Assembly: GCA_030606285.1 (NCBI GenBank)
Contig: JAUWGS010000001.1
Span: forward strand, 176,696 to 240,695
Source: Planctomycetales bacterium
GTDB taxonomy: Bacteria > 4484-113
Reading direction: 5' to 3'
DNA: 64,000 nt
Shown here in pieces: positions 46,856-57,836 of the stretch (its first letter is position 1; each line of letters begins with the position of its first letter). Below the pieces are notes generated by a model. That model was not told the DNA's origin. It was given only the letters and a program-made list of their open reading frames with translations, and did no database searches. Position numbers and translations under genes: made by a program.

Positions 46856-48520
46856 ATGCGTACGCACTGCCTGTATGCGATACTCGGACTGCTCGTCGCA
46901 CTGACGACAGGCGCTGCTTGCGGACGGACGAACCACGTCGGGATGTCTCCGTCGGCGCAGCATTCCATTGACGGATTGGAGCAGAGACTGGCAGAAACGC
47001 TGCGGGAGCAACTGAGTGACCGAGGAATAGAGCCTGACCGGTGTGTGAGTTTGCCGGTTTCAGGTGAGGCTAATCGTGTGAAGGACATCTCTCTCTCCCA
47101 GGATGAAGACGACCGCTACGTAATCACGTGGCATTACCGCAACGCTGGCGACTACGATCAAAACGGCAAAGTCGAAATCGCGGATGTGACCCAGCTTGCG
47201 ATACACTTCGGTGAAGCCGTCGGTGAAGACAAGAACACGCTTGCGGCTGTAATTGACGGTGATAATAGCGACACTGTGGATATCGGTGACATCACCCCGA
47301 TTGCCATGTACTACGGTGCGAGAGTAGTGGGATATAGAGTTGAGACGGCAGAAACCTCTGGCGGCACGTTTGATGAACTTGGCCGCGTATATCTAGAGGA
47401 TATGCTGTCCGATGAAGGACGTTTAAGGGCTGAGTACCTGCTGTCAAACCTGAATCACCCGGTTGTAAGAGTCGTGCCTTTCGACTCCGAAGAGGAGCCC
47501 GGGATTGTCTCTGGGGAATTCATTGTCGAACTTGAGGCGCCGAGCGTGATGGCAGTTCGGCCACTTACCTGTGAAGTGAGTAGAGCAGTCACGTACCGGG
47601 CGGACATCAACGGTGAGGGGCAGCGTGATTACTTCTGGCAGTTCGGTGAGAATGCGGTCCCGGGCACGAGCGATGCTGAGCTTCCGACGGTAATCATGAC
47701 CGAGATTGGTGATACTGAGTGCAGTCTGGCTGTCACAACACCGTTTGGTGCTGACACCTTTGACTTCACCATTACTGTAGTTGCTGCCGGTGCTGAACCG
47801 TACATTACGAGTGTCGTGCCGCAGTCAGGTCTGGCAAATACGGAGATGGCCTTCTCCGCCAGTGTCGGTGGCGCAGAACCGATCACGTACGCGTGGGATT
47901 TCGGGGACGGGGCAACGCCTTCCACGAGTTCCGATGTTCAGCCGACGGTGATATTGAGTGAATCTGGGGAGTATCCTATAACTCTCATAGTCGAGAACGC
48001 GTTGAGTGACGACATGTATCAGTTTGCTTTGCATGTAGTTGAGGGCATGAACCTGGAAGTCCTCGCGATGCGTATCAAGCTGGAGGGCACCGAGAACACA
48101 CTGGATGGAGATCCCCTTTTTGAGACTGATTGCTTTGCGGTGCCACTGGGGGGTGGCTCGTGCCAGGGAAAAATCCAAACAAGATGCAGCGTGCACGGAT
48201 ACCTGGAAGCCCTACTGTACCTGTACGAGGAAACAATCTACGGCTACGAGCAGGCTCCACCACCGGGGCAGGCGGATGCCTATGAAGGAACATTGTCCTA
48301 TCTCAGCACACAGTTGGACTGGGAGATAACCTGTCCGGGGTATGGTGCTGAAGAACTGTTCTTGCACGATCCGTTTGAGGCGCCGGGCCATCTTCAGGGC
48401 TGTTTCGGGGCAATCGAAGATGTGTACACAGTCGTTGCACGACTTCCTGAAGGCACTCTCGGCGTACCCGATAACGCAGTCGAGGTCGTGATAGCGATGG
48501 ATATCACTGATGCGGGCTAA
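46856..48520 (+). CDS. secreted (lipo)protein with N-terminal dockerin-like repeats and two PKD domains
   Basis: 554 aa. A signal peptide ends in a Cys. Two dockerin-type Ca-binding segments are present (DYDQNGKVEIADVTQL; DGDNSDTVDIGDITPI). Two PKD domains are present (…DYFWQFGENA…; …YAWDFGDGATPS…). The C-terminal Cys-containing region is unassigned. Confidence 0.6.
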   Translation: MRTHCLYAILGLLVALTTGAACGRTNHVGMSPSAQHSIDGLEQRLAETLREQLSDRGIEPDRCVSLPVSGEANRVKDISLSQDEDDRYVITWHYRNAGDYDQNGKVEIADVTQLAIHFGEAVGEDKNTLAAVIDGDNSDTVDIGDITPIAMYYGARVVGYRVETAETSGGTFDELGRVYLEDMLSDEGRLRAEYLLSNLNHPVVRVVPFDSEEEPGIVSGEFIVELEAPSVMAVRPLTCEVSRAVTYRADINGEGQRDYFWQFGENAVPGTSDAELPTVIMTEIGDTECSLAVTTPFGADTFDFTITVVAAGAEPYITSVVPQSGLANTEMAFSASVGGAEPITYAWDFGDGATPSTSSDVQPTVILSESGEYPITLIVENALSDDMYQFALHVVEGMNLEVLAMRIKLEGTENTLDGDPLFETDCFAVPLGGGSCQGKIQTRCSVHGYLEALLYLYEETIYGYEQAPPPGQADAYEGTLSYLSTQLDWEITCPGYGAEELFLHDPFEAPGHLQGCFGAIEDVYTVVARLPEGTLGVPDNAVEVVIAMDITDAG

Positions 48521-48599
48521 GCTGTGACACCTGCACATGCTGGAAGTAACCTGCTTTTGCTGCTAAGATACTCGCATTCCAGATAAGGAGCGACCCGTT

Positions 48600-50402
48600 A
48601 TGAGGCGCGACTTTGCTGTTATTGGCGTAATAGTCTGCCTGCTGGCTTTCTGGGCACTTGGCGCTCAGGCACAGGTGCTTTACGGCGCCAACGTTGACAG
48701 GATTGAGCTGGTCAAGGACGTGATTTCTCTTGAGCGGGAGATAGGCTTCGCTGTACCCGGTGCCAGCGGTGTTGTGACTCCGCTGCCATCGTTGCAGGTT
48801 GTGAATGTCAAGATCACCAGTAACACAGGTTACGTCTTTGAACTGCGGTATTCTCCCGCCGCGGCTGTCAACCGGACTTTCGATCTGGGTTCCCTCGACC
48901 AGCCGGCCCGGGACGCTTACCTTGATCTAGCGCGCGGTGCAGGCATTCTGGCGAATCTTATGGCGGATGATCCAGAATTCGCGCCGTTCACTGACCTGTT
49001 CCGCGTTATAGCGGAACACCGCAGCCCGATAACCGCCAGACGTGACCGCAACCTGCTAACAATTGCCCGGTACGAAGAGGATGAGCGGGAACACGCCTGC
49101 AGAATTACCGATGTGGATATGGGTGACCGCCACCTTTCTCTCAAGCAGAATCCTCTAAAGCCTGAGGAGTTCGAGATTACATGGGACGTTCTTCCTGGAA
49201 GCGCTGCGAGGGCGCGCATCGTCGAGCAGCCTATGGGCGTGGTTGCCTATGTGGAATCACCCGGCCTGCCTGCAGGCATGGATGGGGATAGCCTTCTGAG
49301 TGGACTTGCGACCTATATCAATCAGCTCCTTCCCGTGCTGACAGTCGCAAGCTACAACAACGAGAAAGTCGCCGCCATCCACGATGATTTCGCCCGTTGC
49401 GGTGCACTCGTTAGAGCTGTCAGCTTCGTTCAGCCGGAGACTTTCTCCGGGTCTGAGCGCTTGCTGTACGAGCCTGAGTCCGACTACACAGCGTTGTTGG
49501 AGCCGGCACCGGGTTATGTGGTGTATCTGCGCGAGGAGAAGGTAAGGCGGCGCATCTACTACTTCCGCACTATCAAGGCCAACGGATTCATTACGGAAGA
49601 CTCCTATCCCAACTACACGCACACGGTCATCACAGCGACACGCGAGCTTTTCGACCCGAATCCCGCCGACAAGGACAAGCTCCCAATGCCCGATTTCATC
49701 TGGGAGACAACGTATCCCCGCCTGGTCAATGAACCGCACTGGTCCGCATACTGCAGGCTCTGCGGGGGGGAGATGGACCTGACGGACCGCGACCTTTTCT
49801 ACTACCGCGAGACTGCAGGGCTATTTGACAGAGCTCTCGAAGACCAGGCCTTCCGCGACTCCATCCCCGGCGACATGATACGGTACCTGCGCAAGTTCAA
49901 CGCTATGTCCGGGCAGTTCCGCACCGAAGAGACCGTCACGCCTCTTATCTCGCTCACCTATCGCGAAGTGCAGGGACTCGCAAATGTCAGCGTCCTCAAG
50001 TACCAGGATGCGAGCTATCTGTACCAGTTGACGATGCCGCCCAAAAGGAACTATGTGAGCTTTTCGTTCAGCTTTGAGGAAGCCTTGGCACCGGAAATCT
50101 ATCGATTTTTCGTGGTGCCGACGGGTGACAGTGCACAACTCGTGGTCAGCTATCCGGTGGATCTGCCTCTCGGGCGGGTCTCACGGCGTTTCAACCGATG
50201 CGCGAGCGCGCTGGTGCGCCTGCGCGACCTGACCACTTATCTGGCGCGCCACGAGCCGATGCTCAGCGACGTACCGCCGATAATCAACGAAATCTGGCGG
50301 CAGCGTGAGCTTATCGGTCCAAAGATGTTCATCCGTCCGTCTCATTCCGGGATGTATACGGACTGGTTGACCGCTGATGTTCTGGGTTCGGGCGCGGAGT
50401 AG
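48600..50402 (+). CDS. hypothetical secreted protein (no recognisable domain)
   Basis: 600 aa. A signal peptide (VIVCLLAFWALGAQAQ) is present. Codon usage matches its neighbours and there is no internal stop. Confidence 0.5.
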   Translation: MRRDFAVIGVIVCLLAFWALGAQAQVLYGANVDRIELVKDVISLEREIGFAVPGASGVVTPLPSLQVVNVKITSNTGYVFELRYSPAAAVNRTFDLGSLDQPARDAYLDLARGAGILANLMADDPEFAPFTDLFRVIAEHRSPITARRDRNLLTIARYEEDEREHACRITDVDMGDRHLSLKQNPLKPEEFEITWDVLPGSAARARIVEQPMGVVAYVESPGLPAGMDGDSLLSGLATYINQLLPVLTVASYNNEKVAAIHDDFARCGALVRAVSFVQPETFSGSERLLYEPESDYTALLEPAPGYVVYLREEKVRRRIYYFRTIKANGFITEDSYPNYTHTVITATRELFDPNPADKDKLPMPDFIWETTYPRLVNEPHWSAYCRLCGGEMDLTDRDLFYYRETAGLFDRALEDQAFRDSIPGDMIRYLRKFNAMSGQFRTEETVTPLISLTYREVQGLANVSVLKYQDASYLYQLTMPPKRNYVSFSFSFEEALAPEIYRFFVVPTGDSAQLVVSYPVDLPLGRVSRRFNRCASALVRLRDLTTYLARHEPMLSDVPPIINEIWRQRELIGPKMFIRPSHSGMYTDWLTADVLGSGAE

Positions 50403-50425
50403 GGCTAGGTCCCGCAGGGACGCGC

Positions 50426-51934
50426 TCAGTTGTCCGCGCTCAGCTTCGCCAGCGTAGCGCTACTGCGTTTGGCTATCTCACTTGCGCCCAGCAGCTCCGC
50501 CATCTCGAAGAACCCCGGACTGAACCGGTCGCCGGTGGTCGCCACGCGCAACGGCTGGATAACGTCCTTCAGTTTCAGCCCCTTATCCTTTGCATAGCCG
50601 CGCACTAATTCTTCGATATGCTCGCAGTCGAACTCAGACAGGGCTTTGAGTGCTGCAGGTATTTCCTTGAGCACCATCGCCGCACTATTGCTCCCAGCGA
50701 TAATGCCTTGCCACGCATCTTCGTTGAACTCCTCCGGTGCGCGGAAGAAGTACCACGCAAGCTCCTCGATTTCCGCGAAATGGGTCACCCGGTCCTTGAA
50801 AAGGAGCATAACCTTCGCGATGTGGTCGTCCCGCTTCGCCTTCTTCCACTCATTCGGAACGAACTCAAAGATGTGCCGCAAGTACTCCTCGTCCGTCAAG
50901 GAGCGGATATGCTTCCCATTGAACCAGAACAGCTTCTCCGTGTTGAAGGCCCCCGATGACTTGCCGATGCCATCCACCGAGAAGGCGCTAATCATTTCGT
51001 CGCGCGTAAACTCTTCTCTATCGTCCTTAGGCGCCCAGCCGATTAGCAGCAGGAAGTTCACCAGCGCTTCTGGTAGGATGCCAAGCTCACGGTAGGCGGT
51101 GACGCTCGTCGCGCCGTGCCGCTTGGACAGCCGTGCCCGGTCCATCCCGACAATTAGCGGCAGATGCGCAAACTGCGGCGGCTTCCATCCAAGCTTTTCG
51201 TATATCAGCAGTTGCTTTGGTGTGTTGGACAGGTGATCTTCGCCGCGCAACACATGCGTAATATTCATCGTGGCGTCATCAATGACGCAAGAGAAGTTAT
51301 ATACCGGCCCACCGGTAGACTTGACGATCACGATATCGCCGATTTCGTCTGTGGATACGCGGACTTCTCCCCGTATCATGTCCGTAAAGGCGATTTCCTG
51401 GCCCGGGTCAACTTTAAGCCGGAGGGGTAGGGCGGGATTCTTGGCCAGAAGCTTCAGTTGCTCCGACAGAGGGCGTTCGCGGCAGTTCTCATCGAACTTG
51501 GGTCTTTCGTCGGACGCTTCGTCTTTCGGGCAGTCGCAAACGAAAGCGTGCCCATCTTTGAGCAGCCGATCGGCGAACTTCAGATGTAGTTCCTTGCGTT
51601 CGCTCTGGAAGTAGGGGCCGAACTCGCCGCCGACTTCCGGGCCCTCGTCCCATTCCAGTCCCAGCCATCGCAAGCCGTCCAGAATGGCATTGGTGCTTTC
51701 CTCGGTGGAGCGCTCTTCATCGGTATCCTCGATGCGCAGGATGAAGCTTCCGCCGCGCGAGCGCGCCAGCAGCCAGTTGAAAAGCGCCGTCCTTGCCCCG
51801 CCGGTGTGCAGGTATCCCGTCGGCGACGGCGCAAATCGCACCCGAACGCCTGTGTTGGATGTCGTCTCGGTGCTCTCAGGAGTGATCTCAACCATTGCCC
51901 ACCTATTGTAGCAGGCTAAGAAGCCTTCCGGCAT
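50426..51934 (-). CDS. gltX: glutamate--tRNA ligase
   Basis: The HIGH-type motif is FAPSPTGYLHTGG and KMSKS is RLSKR. The likely true start is the in-frame ATG at 51895 (MVEITPE…). Confidence 0.9.
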   Translation of the reverse strand: MPEGFLACYNRWAMVEITPESTETTSNTGVRVRFAPSPTGYLHTGGARTALFNWLLARSRGGSFILRIEDTDEERSTEESTNAILDGLRWLGLEWDEGPEVGGEFGPYFQSERKELHLKFADRLLKDGHAFVCDCPKDEASDERPKFDENCRERPLSEQLKLLAKNPALPLRLKVDPGQEIAFTDMIRGEVRVSTDEIGDIVIVKSTGGPVYNFSCVIDDATMNITHVLRGEDHLSNTPKQLLIYEKLGWKPPQFAHLPLIVGMDRARLSKRHGATSVTAYRELGILPEALVNFLLLIGWAPKDDREEFTRDEMISAFSVDGIGKSSGAFNTEKLFWFNGKHIRSLTDEEYLRHIFEFVPNEWKKAKRDDHIAKVMLLFKDRVTHFAEIEELAWYFFRAPEEFNEDAWQGIIAGSNSAAMVLKEIPAALKALSEFDCEHIEELVRGYAKDKGLKLKDVIQPLRVATTGDRFSPGFFEMAELLGASEIAKRSSATLAKLSADN

Positions 51935-51984
51935 ACGAAGATGAGCTCGCCGCTGACCTTGGGGTAAAGATGGCTTTGGTCGCG

Positions 51985-52515
51985 CTACCTCACAGCCCAG
52001 CCAACGAATGCGATAGCAAAGATGAAGACTGAAGCGAAGTTTAGCGTTCCCCAGAGCTGCGCGTTGGCCTCTTCCATTGCGAATGTCGTGAAATCAGGCC
52101 ACTCCCAGGTCTTCCATCTGAGCTTCCTCATGCGGTAACCCCGCCAGCAGGCGTAAAGCAAGAGAAAGGGAATAAGTACCAAGAAAGCGTAGGAGAACCA
52201 CTTGAATAACGGGGATACTTCCGAGATGGGTTTACCTAGCCATGCGTCCAAGCATACGAAAACGCCTATAGGTAGCATCGCTGCAAGGCCGAAGTATCCT
52301 GATAGACCGAGGAACCGGAAATTCGCTAGGTGATGGGAAGGCCTAATGTCGTTATAGAAGCTAAAGCCTTTTACGAAAGCCTCTTGTCTCTTCGGCAACG
52401 GCGAAGGCTGCGTTTGGCGTCGGTCCAGTTCAACTAAATGCTCTAACCACATCGCGTTCACCTGCATTCGTTGACGCTTGATGATTCTATGTGCTGCACT
52501 TGTGCTGCACAGCAC
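51985..52515 (-). CDS. hypothetical membrane protein
   Basis: 176 aa with 3-4 predicted TM helices and no known motif. The start is uncertain. Confidence 0.4.
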   Translation of the reverse strand: MLCSTSAAHRIIKRQRMQVNAMWLEHLVELDRRQTQPSPLPKRQEAFVKGFSFYNDIRPSHHLANFRFLGLSGYFGLAAMLPIGVFVCLDAWLGKPISEVSPLFKWFSYAFLVLIPFLLLYACWRGYRMRKLRWKTWEWPDFTTFAMEEANAQLWGTLNFASVFIFAIAFVGWAVR

Positions 52516-52553
52516 CTCTATATAATATCACAGACCGGCAATGCGGCTTACGG

Positions 52554-53312
52554 CTACACCTTCCCGAATCTCCGTTCGCGGCGCTGATAGTCAAGGATGG
52601 CCTCAAGCAGGTTCACACCGGTGAAATCCGGCCAGAGCGTCGGCGTGAAGTAGAGCTCGGTGTAGGCGAGCTGCCACAGCATGAAGTTGGACAAGCGCAT
52701 TTCGCCACTGGTGCGTATCAGGATGTCCGGATGAGGGATCTCAGGACGGTACATGCGCTCGGCAAGGTGGGACATCGCGATCCCTTCAGGATTCACGCGC
52801 TTGGCCAACACATCCTCAACCAGCTTCCGCACAGCCCGGGCAATCTCGTATTGCCCGCTGTACATAACGCACATATTGAGCACCAGCACATCGTTATCCG
52901 CCGTCAGCGCCACTGCCCGTTTGAACTTGTCTGCCAGCTCGTCAGGCAGCATGTCCAGCTCCCCACTGACGATAAAGCGCACTCCTTCATCGTGCAGTTT
53001 CGGCACTTCCTCATCCAGCGTCATATCGAAAAGCCTGAAGAGTTCGCTGACTTCTTCATCGGGACGCTCGATGTTTTCGGTGGAGAACGCAAACAGGCTC
53101 AGGTGCTTGAGACCTATGTCTTTGGCAGTGTCCACCGTAGAGCGGATGGCGGCAATGGCGTACCGGTGGCCTTCCGTTCGTGAAAGCCCACGCATCTGCG
53201 CCCACCGGCCATTGCCGTCCATAATGATGGCAACGTGCGCCGGCATCCGGTCAGGATGGAGTTGGGCCGTCAATTCTGCGAGTTTCGCGCTGTCGGAATC
53301 GCCGCGTTCCAT
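52554..53312 (-). CDS. uppS: isoprenyl transferase (undecaprenyl-diphosphate synthase)
   Basis: 252 aa with the motifs HVAIIMDGNGRWA, …LFAFSTEN… and RTSGE.RLSNF. Confidence 0.9.
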   Translation of the reverse strand: MERGDSDSAKLAELTAQLHPDRMPAHVAIIMDGNGRWAQMRGLSRTEGHRYAIAAIRSTVDTAKDIGLKHLSLFAFSTENIERPDEEVSELFRLFDMTLDEEVPKLHDEGVRFIVSGELDMLPDELADKFKRAVALTADNDVLVLNMCVMYSGQYEIARAVRKLVEDVLAKRVNPEGIAMSHLAERMYRPEIPHPDILIRTSGEMRLSNFMLWQLAYTELYFTPTLWPDFTGVNLLEAILDYQRRERRFGKV

Positions 53313-53364
53313 ATCGCGCTCAAGTATAGCAGGGGAAAGCGGAGGAAGCTGTGCAACCCGGGCT

Positions 53365-53709
53365 TCAGAACGCCAGAGTTGGGGGCGTGTAGTCCTGCAT
53401 CAATGGGTTAGTCACGTCGAGCACCGTGCAGTTGTTCTGAAAGCTCGTGATTACTCCGGCGTCAACGAGCTTCTGCAGTTCTTTGGAGAGATTCTCAATG
53501 ATGACGAAACTGCCGACCTCGCCCGCCACCTTAGCCTGCAATTCTTCTACGGTGATTGTCAGGTCCTCGACATGCCAGCCGGGCTTACCAGACAATGCTT
53601 CTTTGACTGTCGTCAACGCCTGGGCGTCTGGATCAGGTGAGCAGCTAGCTACAGAAGCTCCCAGAGAAATCAGCGCCAGGAACATAACGAGGATTGTTGT
53701 TCTTCTCAT
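53365..53709 (-). CDS. small lipoprotein of unknown function
   Basis: 114 aa. The signal peptide carries the lipobox VASC. Confidence 0.45.
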   Translation of the reverse strand: MRRTTILVMFLALISLGASVASCSPDPDAQALTTVKEALSGKPGWHVEDLTITVEELQAKVAGEVGSFVIIENLSKELQKLVDAGVITSFQNNCTVLDVTNPLMQDYTPPTLAF

Positions 53710-53846
53710 AGCACTCTCCTCAGGTAATCCGCGCTTATTCTAGCACTCACACCGAAGCTCCCACATCATGGCAGCTTCAGTTCACGGATGCAGTTACAGG
53801 TGATAGAATATGCGTTCGGTAAATTCTCCAGGGGAAGGAGCCAACC

Positions 53847-54992
53847 GTGAAAATACACGAATACCAGGCAAAGGACGTCTTCGCCAAGTTCGGGATTCCG
53901 GTTCCGCCGGGTAAAATCGCGTTCACACCGGACGAAGTCGAGGATGTGGCACGCGAACTGGAGGGCAAAGTAGTTGTAAAAGCACAGGTTCACGTAGGCG
54001 GCCGCGGCAAGGCTGGCGGCATCAAGCTGGCTGACGACCCCAAAGACGCGCGCGCCAAGGCCGAACAAATCATCGGAATGGATATCAAGGGCTTGACGGT
54101 GGAGAAAGTGCTTGTCACCAAGGCGATAGATATCCGCGACGAGTACTATCTGGGAATCACTCTCGACCGCGACGCACGTATGCTCGTGCTCATTTTATCT
54201 GCTGCAGGCGGTATTGATATCGAGGAAGTGGCGCGCGAAACCCCTGAGAAGATTGCCAAAGTGCATATCGATCCTCTTATCGGCATTCAGGATTACCAGA
54301 TTACGCAGGCCATCTTCGGTAGTGGCGTGGACACGACCAAATCCAGGGAAATCCGCTCAATCGTGCGCAAGCTCTACAACTGCTATCTGGAGATTGATGG
54401 CAGCCTGGCGGAAATCAACCCGCTTGTGGTAACCACAGATGGCGAAGTCATAGCGCTGGATGCCAAGATAAACATCGATGATAACGCACTTTTCCGCCAG
54501 CCTGACCTGGAGAAGCTGATGGAAGTGGGCGCTGACATGGACGCGATAGAAGCGGAAGCCCGGCACAAGGGGATCGCCTACGTCCATCTTTCCGACGGCA
54601 ATGTTGGCGTGATGGGCAATGGTGCGGGTCTCGTAATGACGACAATGGATGTCGTCTCCCGAGCCGGCGGAAAGCCCAACAACTTCCTGGACATTGGTGG
54701 TGCTGCAACTGCGGAGGTTGTGGAAGACGCTTTTCATCTGATACTCCTGGATCCTAATGTGAATGGCATATTCCTCAATGTCTTCGGCGGCATTGTGCGA
54801 TGCGATGTTGTAGCTGAAGGAATGATAAAGGCCTACCAGAAGCTACCGCGCAAAGTGCCCGTTGTGCTCCGAATGACGGGCACGAATGAGAACATTGCGC
54901 GCAAGATGCTTGAGGATACGCCGCTGGTCTACGAATCGACAACCGAGGCCGGCGCTGCGAAAATCGTTGAAATGCTGGGAGGGCAATCCTGA
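53847..54992 (+). CDS. sucC: succinate--CoA ligase [ADP-forming] beta subunit
   Basis: 381 aa. The N-terminus [20 protein letters not shown] is present, followed by the ATP-grasp and CoA-ligase domains. Confidence 0.9.
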   Translation: MKIHEYQAKDVFAKFGIPVPPGKIAFTPDEVEDVARELEGKVVVKAQVHVGGRGKAGGIKLADDPKDARAKAEQIIGMDIKGLTVEKVLVTKAIDIRDEYYLGITLDRDARMLVLILSAAGGIDIEEVARETPEKIAKVHIDPLIGIQDYQITQAIFGSGVDTTKSREIRSIVRKLYNCYLEIDGSLAEINPLVVTTDGEVIALDAKINIDDNALFRQPDLEKLMEVGADMDAIEAEARHKGIAYVHLSDGNVGVMGNGAGLVMTTMDVVSRAGGKPNNFLDIGGAATAEVVEDAFHLILLDPNVNGIFLNVFGGIVRCDVVAEGMIKAYQKLPRKVPVVLRMTGTNENIARKMLEDTPLVYESTTEAGAAKIVEMLGGQS

Positions 54993-55879
54993 TGGCTATT
55001 CTTGCAGATAAAAGCTCGCGGGTGCTCGTTCAAGGGATTACCGGTGGAGAGGGCACTTTCCACACGCCCCGGATGATTGAGTTCGGCACCAACGTGGTGG
55101 CCGGCGTCACGCCCGGAAAAGGCGGAACCACCTGGAAACCTGAAGGTATAGCCGCAAGCGTGCCCATTTTCGATACTGTGGACGATGCGGTTGAGGAGAC
55201 GGGCGCAGATGCCAGCGTTATCTTCGTTCCCAAGCGATTCGCTCCCGATGCGGTAATGGAAGCCGCCGATAGCGGTATCGAGGTCATTATTGCGATTAGC
55301 GACGGGATACCGATTAACGATATGGTGAAGGTCTACTCGTTCATGGAACAGACGATGACTACGCTCATCGGCCCCAACTGCCCGGGGCTTGTCAGCGTTG
55401 GCGAATGCAAGCTGGGCATAATGCCCAACCACATATTTAAGCCGGGACCGCTGGGAGTTATTTCGCGCAGCGGTACGCTGACATACGAAGTGGTCAATCA
55501 GCTCTCAGAAGGTGGCCTGGGACAGACGACGTGCATTGGAGTGGGCGGCGACCCGGTAATCGGCACAAGCTTCCTCGAGCTTCTGATGGAGTTTGAGCAG
55601 GACCCGGCTACCGAATGCGTGGTGATAGTGGGAGAGATCGGTGGCAGTGATGAGGAAGACGCAGCCGAGTTCATCCCGGAAATGTCCAAGCCGGTGGTGG
55701 CCTTCATCAGCGGCCGAACCGCTCCGCCGGGCAAGCGAATGGGGCACGCCGGCGCCATCGTCAGCGGCGGGAAAGGTACTGCGGAAAGCAAGATAAAGGC
55801 GTTCGAAGCCGCGAACACGCCGGTTGCGGACACGGTGCCGGATATTGTGCGTCTGTGCAAGGAGAGCCTGGGCAAGTAA
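54992..55879 (+). CDS. sucD: succinate--CoA ligase alpha subunit
   Basis: 295 aa. Its start overlaps the sucC stop (ATGA). The active-site His context is GHAGAIV. Confidence 0.9.
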   Translation: MAILADKSSRVLVQGITGGEGTFHTPRMIEFGTNVVAGVTPGKGGTTWKPEGIAASVPIFDTVDDAVEETGADASVIFVPKRFAPDAVMEAADSGIEVIIAISDGIPINDMVKVYSFMEQTMTTLIGPNCPGLVSVGECKLGIMPNHIFKPGPLGVISRSGTLTYEVVNQLSEGGLGQTTCIGVGGDPVIGTSFLELLMEFEQDPATECVVIVGEIGGSDEEDAAEFIPEMSKPVVAFISGRTAPPGKRMGHAGAIVSGGKGTAESKIKAFEAANTPVADTVPDIVRLCKESLGK

Positions 55880-56015
55880 GGGGGTAGGGGACTATATGCT
55901 TATGGCGTCTCAGTAAGGGCTTGACCCGAGAGGGTCATGCTCAACAACCTGATTGACTTAATACCCCAAACGGGTAGAGTGAATCCGTTCCTTAAACACA
56001 CCCCTTCAGGGCAAG

Positions 56016-57836
56016 GTGTGTTCAATCATGTGGTGGCATCTTGACGAAACAGAGGAGTACGTTCGACGTCAGTCGGTTAGGGAACTGATCCGGAAGATCA
56101 TCCCCCTGTTCCGCCCGCACGCGCGTTATCTCATTCTTGCCATTGGTCTTCTCCTTCTTATCACTGCGAGCCAGCTTGTAGGACCGCTGGTGCTGCAGCA
56201 CATCATTGACGTCAATATCCCCGCAAACGACGTCCGCGGACTGCTTTTAGCAGCGGGATTCTATGTCGCTGTGGCTACAAGCGGGGCTGCTGTCGGCTAC
56301 ATCCAGGCGATTACGCTGTTCAAACTGGGAATCAACATCGTGACCGACCTTAAGTCGCGGCTCTTCAATCACGTTCTGCATCTGGGGCTCGACTTCCACG
56401 AGCAGTATTCGCCGGGCAAGCTCATCAGCCGCGTGGAAAGCGATGCCGAGACTCTCAAGGATCTCTTCAGTGATGTCGCGGTGAATCTCTTGCGGAATTT
56501 GATGCTCTTCATCGGCATCCTCACAGTCCTGTGCATCAAGAGCTTCGCCATCGCAGCCTTTGTGCTGTTGCTCTTGCCCTTCTTGTTCGGTGCGACCTTC
56601 CTGTTCCTCGCCTACATGAGGAAGTACTGGCGTGAATGGCGCGCCCAGTGGGCTGTGGTAACCGGCTACGTGACTGAATACGTCCAGGGCGTCGACATAA
56701 TCCAGCAGTTTAACTACGAAGACAACGCGCGCCGCCGGATGCATGAAGTGAACCTCGGCAAGTACCGCGTGGAAGTCCCGGCAATGTTCTTCGAATACTC
56801 GTTCTGGGCAGCCTTCCTGTACGGCGAGATTATCGCAGTAATCATCGTGCTGGTAATAGGTGTTCGTGGTGTTTTCGCCGGCACAGTCACCCTCGGCATA
56901 CTGGTGCTCTTCATCGAGTACATCCGTCAGATGTTCTGGCCGATAATGCAACTCAGCGAGCAGTTGAACTTCATTCAGCGTTCACTCGTGTCGGTTGAGC
57001 GGATCTTTGGTATCCTGGAGACAGAACCATCAGTGCAGGACGGAACGTGCTCATCCGACGAGGTTCGCTTTAACAACGAGATAGCGCTGGAAAACGTCTG
57101 GTTCGCATACGAAAGGGAGGAATGGGTACTCCGGGATGTAAGCCTGACCATAAAGAAGGGTCAGAAGATAGCTCTCGTTGGCATTTCGGGCGGCGGCAAG
57201 AGCACGATTGTCAACCTGCTACTACGCTTCTATGATCCGCAGAAGGGGCGTATCACCGTTGACGGCCGCGATATTCGGGACTTCCCGGTCAAGGCTTGGC
57301 GCAAGCTCATCGGCTTAGTTCTTCAGGACGTGTTTCTCTTCCCCGGAAACGTTTCCGACAACCTCAGGGTTTTTGATTCCGAAGTACCGCTGGAACGTGT
57401 GAAAAGCGCGTCAGCCATTGCGCATGCCAACACTATCATCGAGCATTTACCGGGACAGTACGAGGGAGAATTGGCCGAACGTGGCTCCAACCTATCAGTG
57501 GGCGAACGCCAGCTTCTCAGCTTCGCCCGGGCGCTGGTTTACGATCCTCCTCTGCTGGTCCTGGACGAGGCCACAAGCTCAGTTGACCCTCACACCGAAC
57601 GTCTGGTGCAAGAGGGACTTGACCGCTTGCTGGAAGGGCGAACCGCGGTTATCGTTGCCCACCGCTTGAGCACTGTGCTCAATGCGGACCGCATACTGCT
57701 GATTCACGATGGTGTTGTTGCTGAAAGCGGAACACACGAGGAGCTTCTCGCGTTTAACGGGCTCTACGCGAAGCTGTTTCGGCTCCAGTTCGCCGGCCTG
57801 GATGCCAGCCAGACCGAGGGTGGAGGTAAGCAGTGA
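56016..57836 (+). CDS. ABC exporter, fused permease/ATPase (type I exporter, heterodimer partner 1)
   Basis: Six TM helices are followed by an NBD with Walker A GISGGGKST, signature LSVGERQ and Walker B LLVLDEATS. The start may be an internal ATG. Confidence 0.85.
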   Translation: MCSIMWWHLDETEEYVRRQSVRELIRKIIPLFRPHARYLILAIGLLLLITASQLVGPLVLQHIIDVNIPANDVRGLLLAAGFYVAVATSGAAVGYIQAITLFKLGINIVTDLKSRLFNHVLHLGLDFHEQYSPGKLISRVESDAETLKDLFSDVAVNLLRNLMLFIGILTVLCIKSFAIAAFVLLLLPFLFGATFLFLAYMRKYWREWRAQWAVVTGYVTEYVQGVDIIQQFNYEDNARRRMHEVNLGKYRVEVPAMFFEYSFWAAFLYGEIIAVIIVLVIGVRGVFAGTVTLGILVLFIEYIRQMFWPIMQLSEQLNFIQRSLVSVERIFGILETEPSVQDGTCSSDEVRFNNEIALENVWFAYEREEWVLRDVSLTIKKGQKIALVGISGGGKSTIVNLLLRFYDPQKGRITVDGRDIRDFPVKAWRKLIGLVLQDVFLFPGNVSDNLRVFDSEVPLERVKSASAIAHANTIIEHLPGQYEGELAERGSNLSVGERQLLSFARALVYDPPLLVLDEATSSVDPHTERLVQEGLDRLLEGRTAVIVAHRLSTVLNADRILLIHDGVVAESGTHEELLAFNGLYAKLFRLQFAGLDASQTEGGGKQ

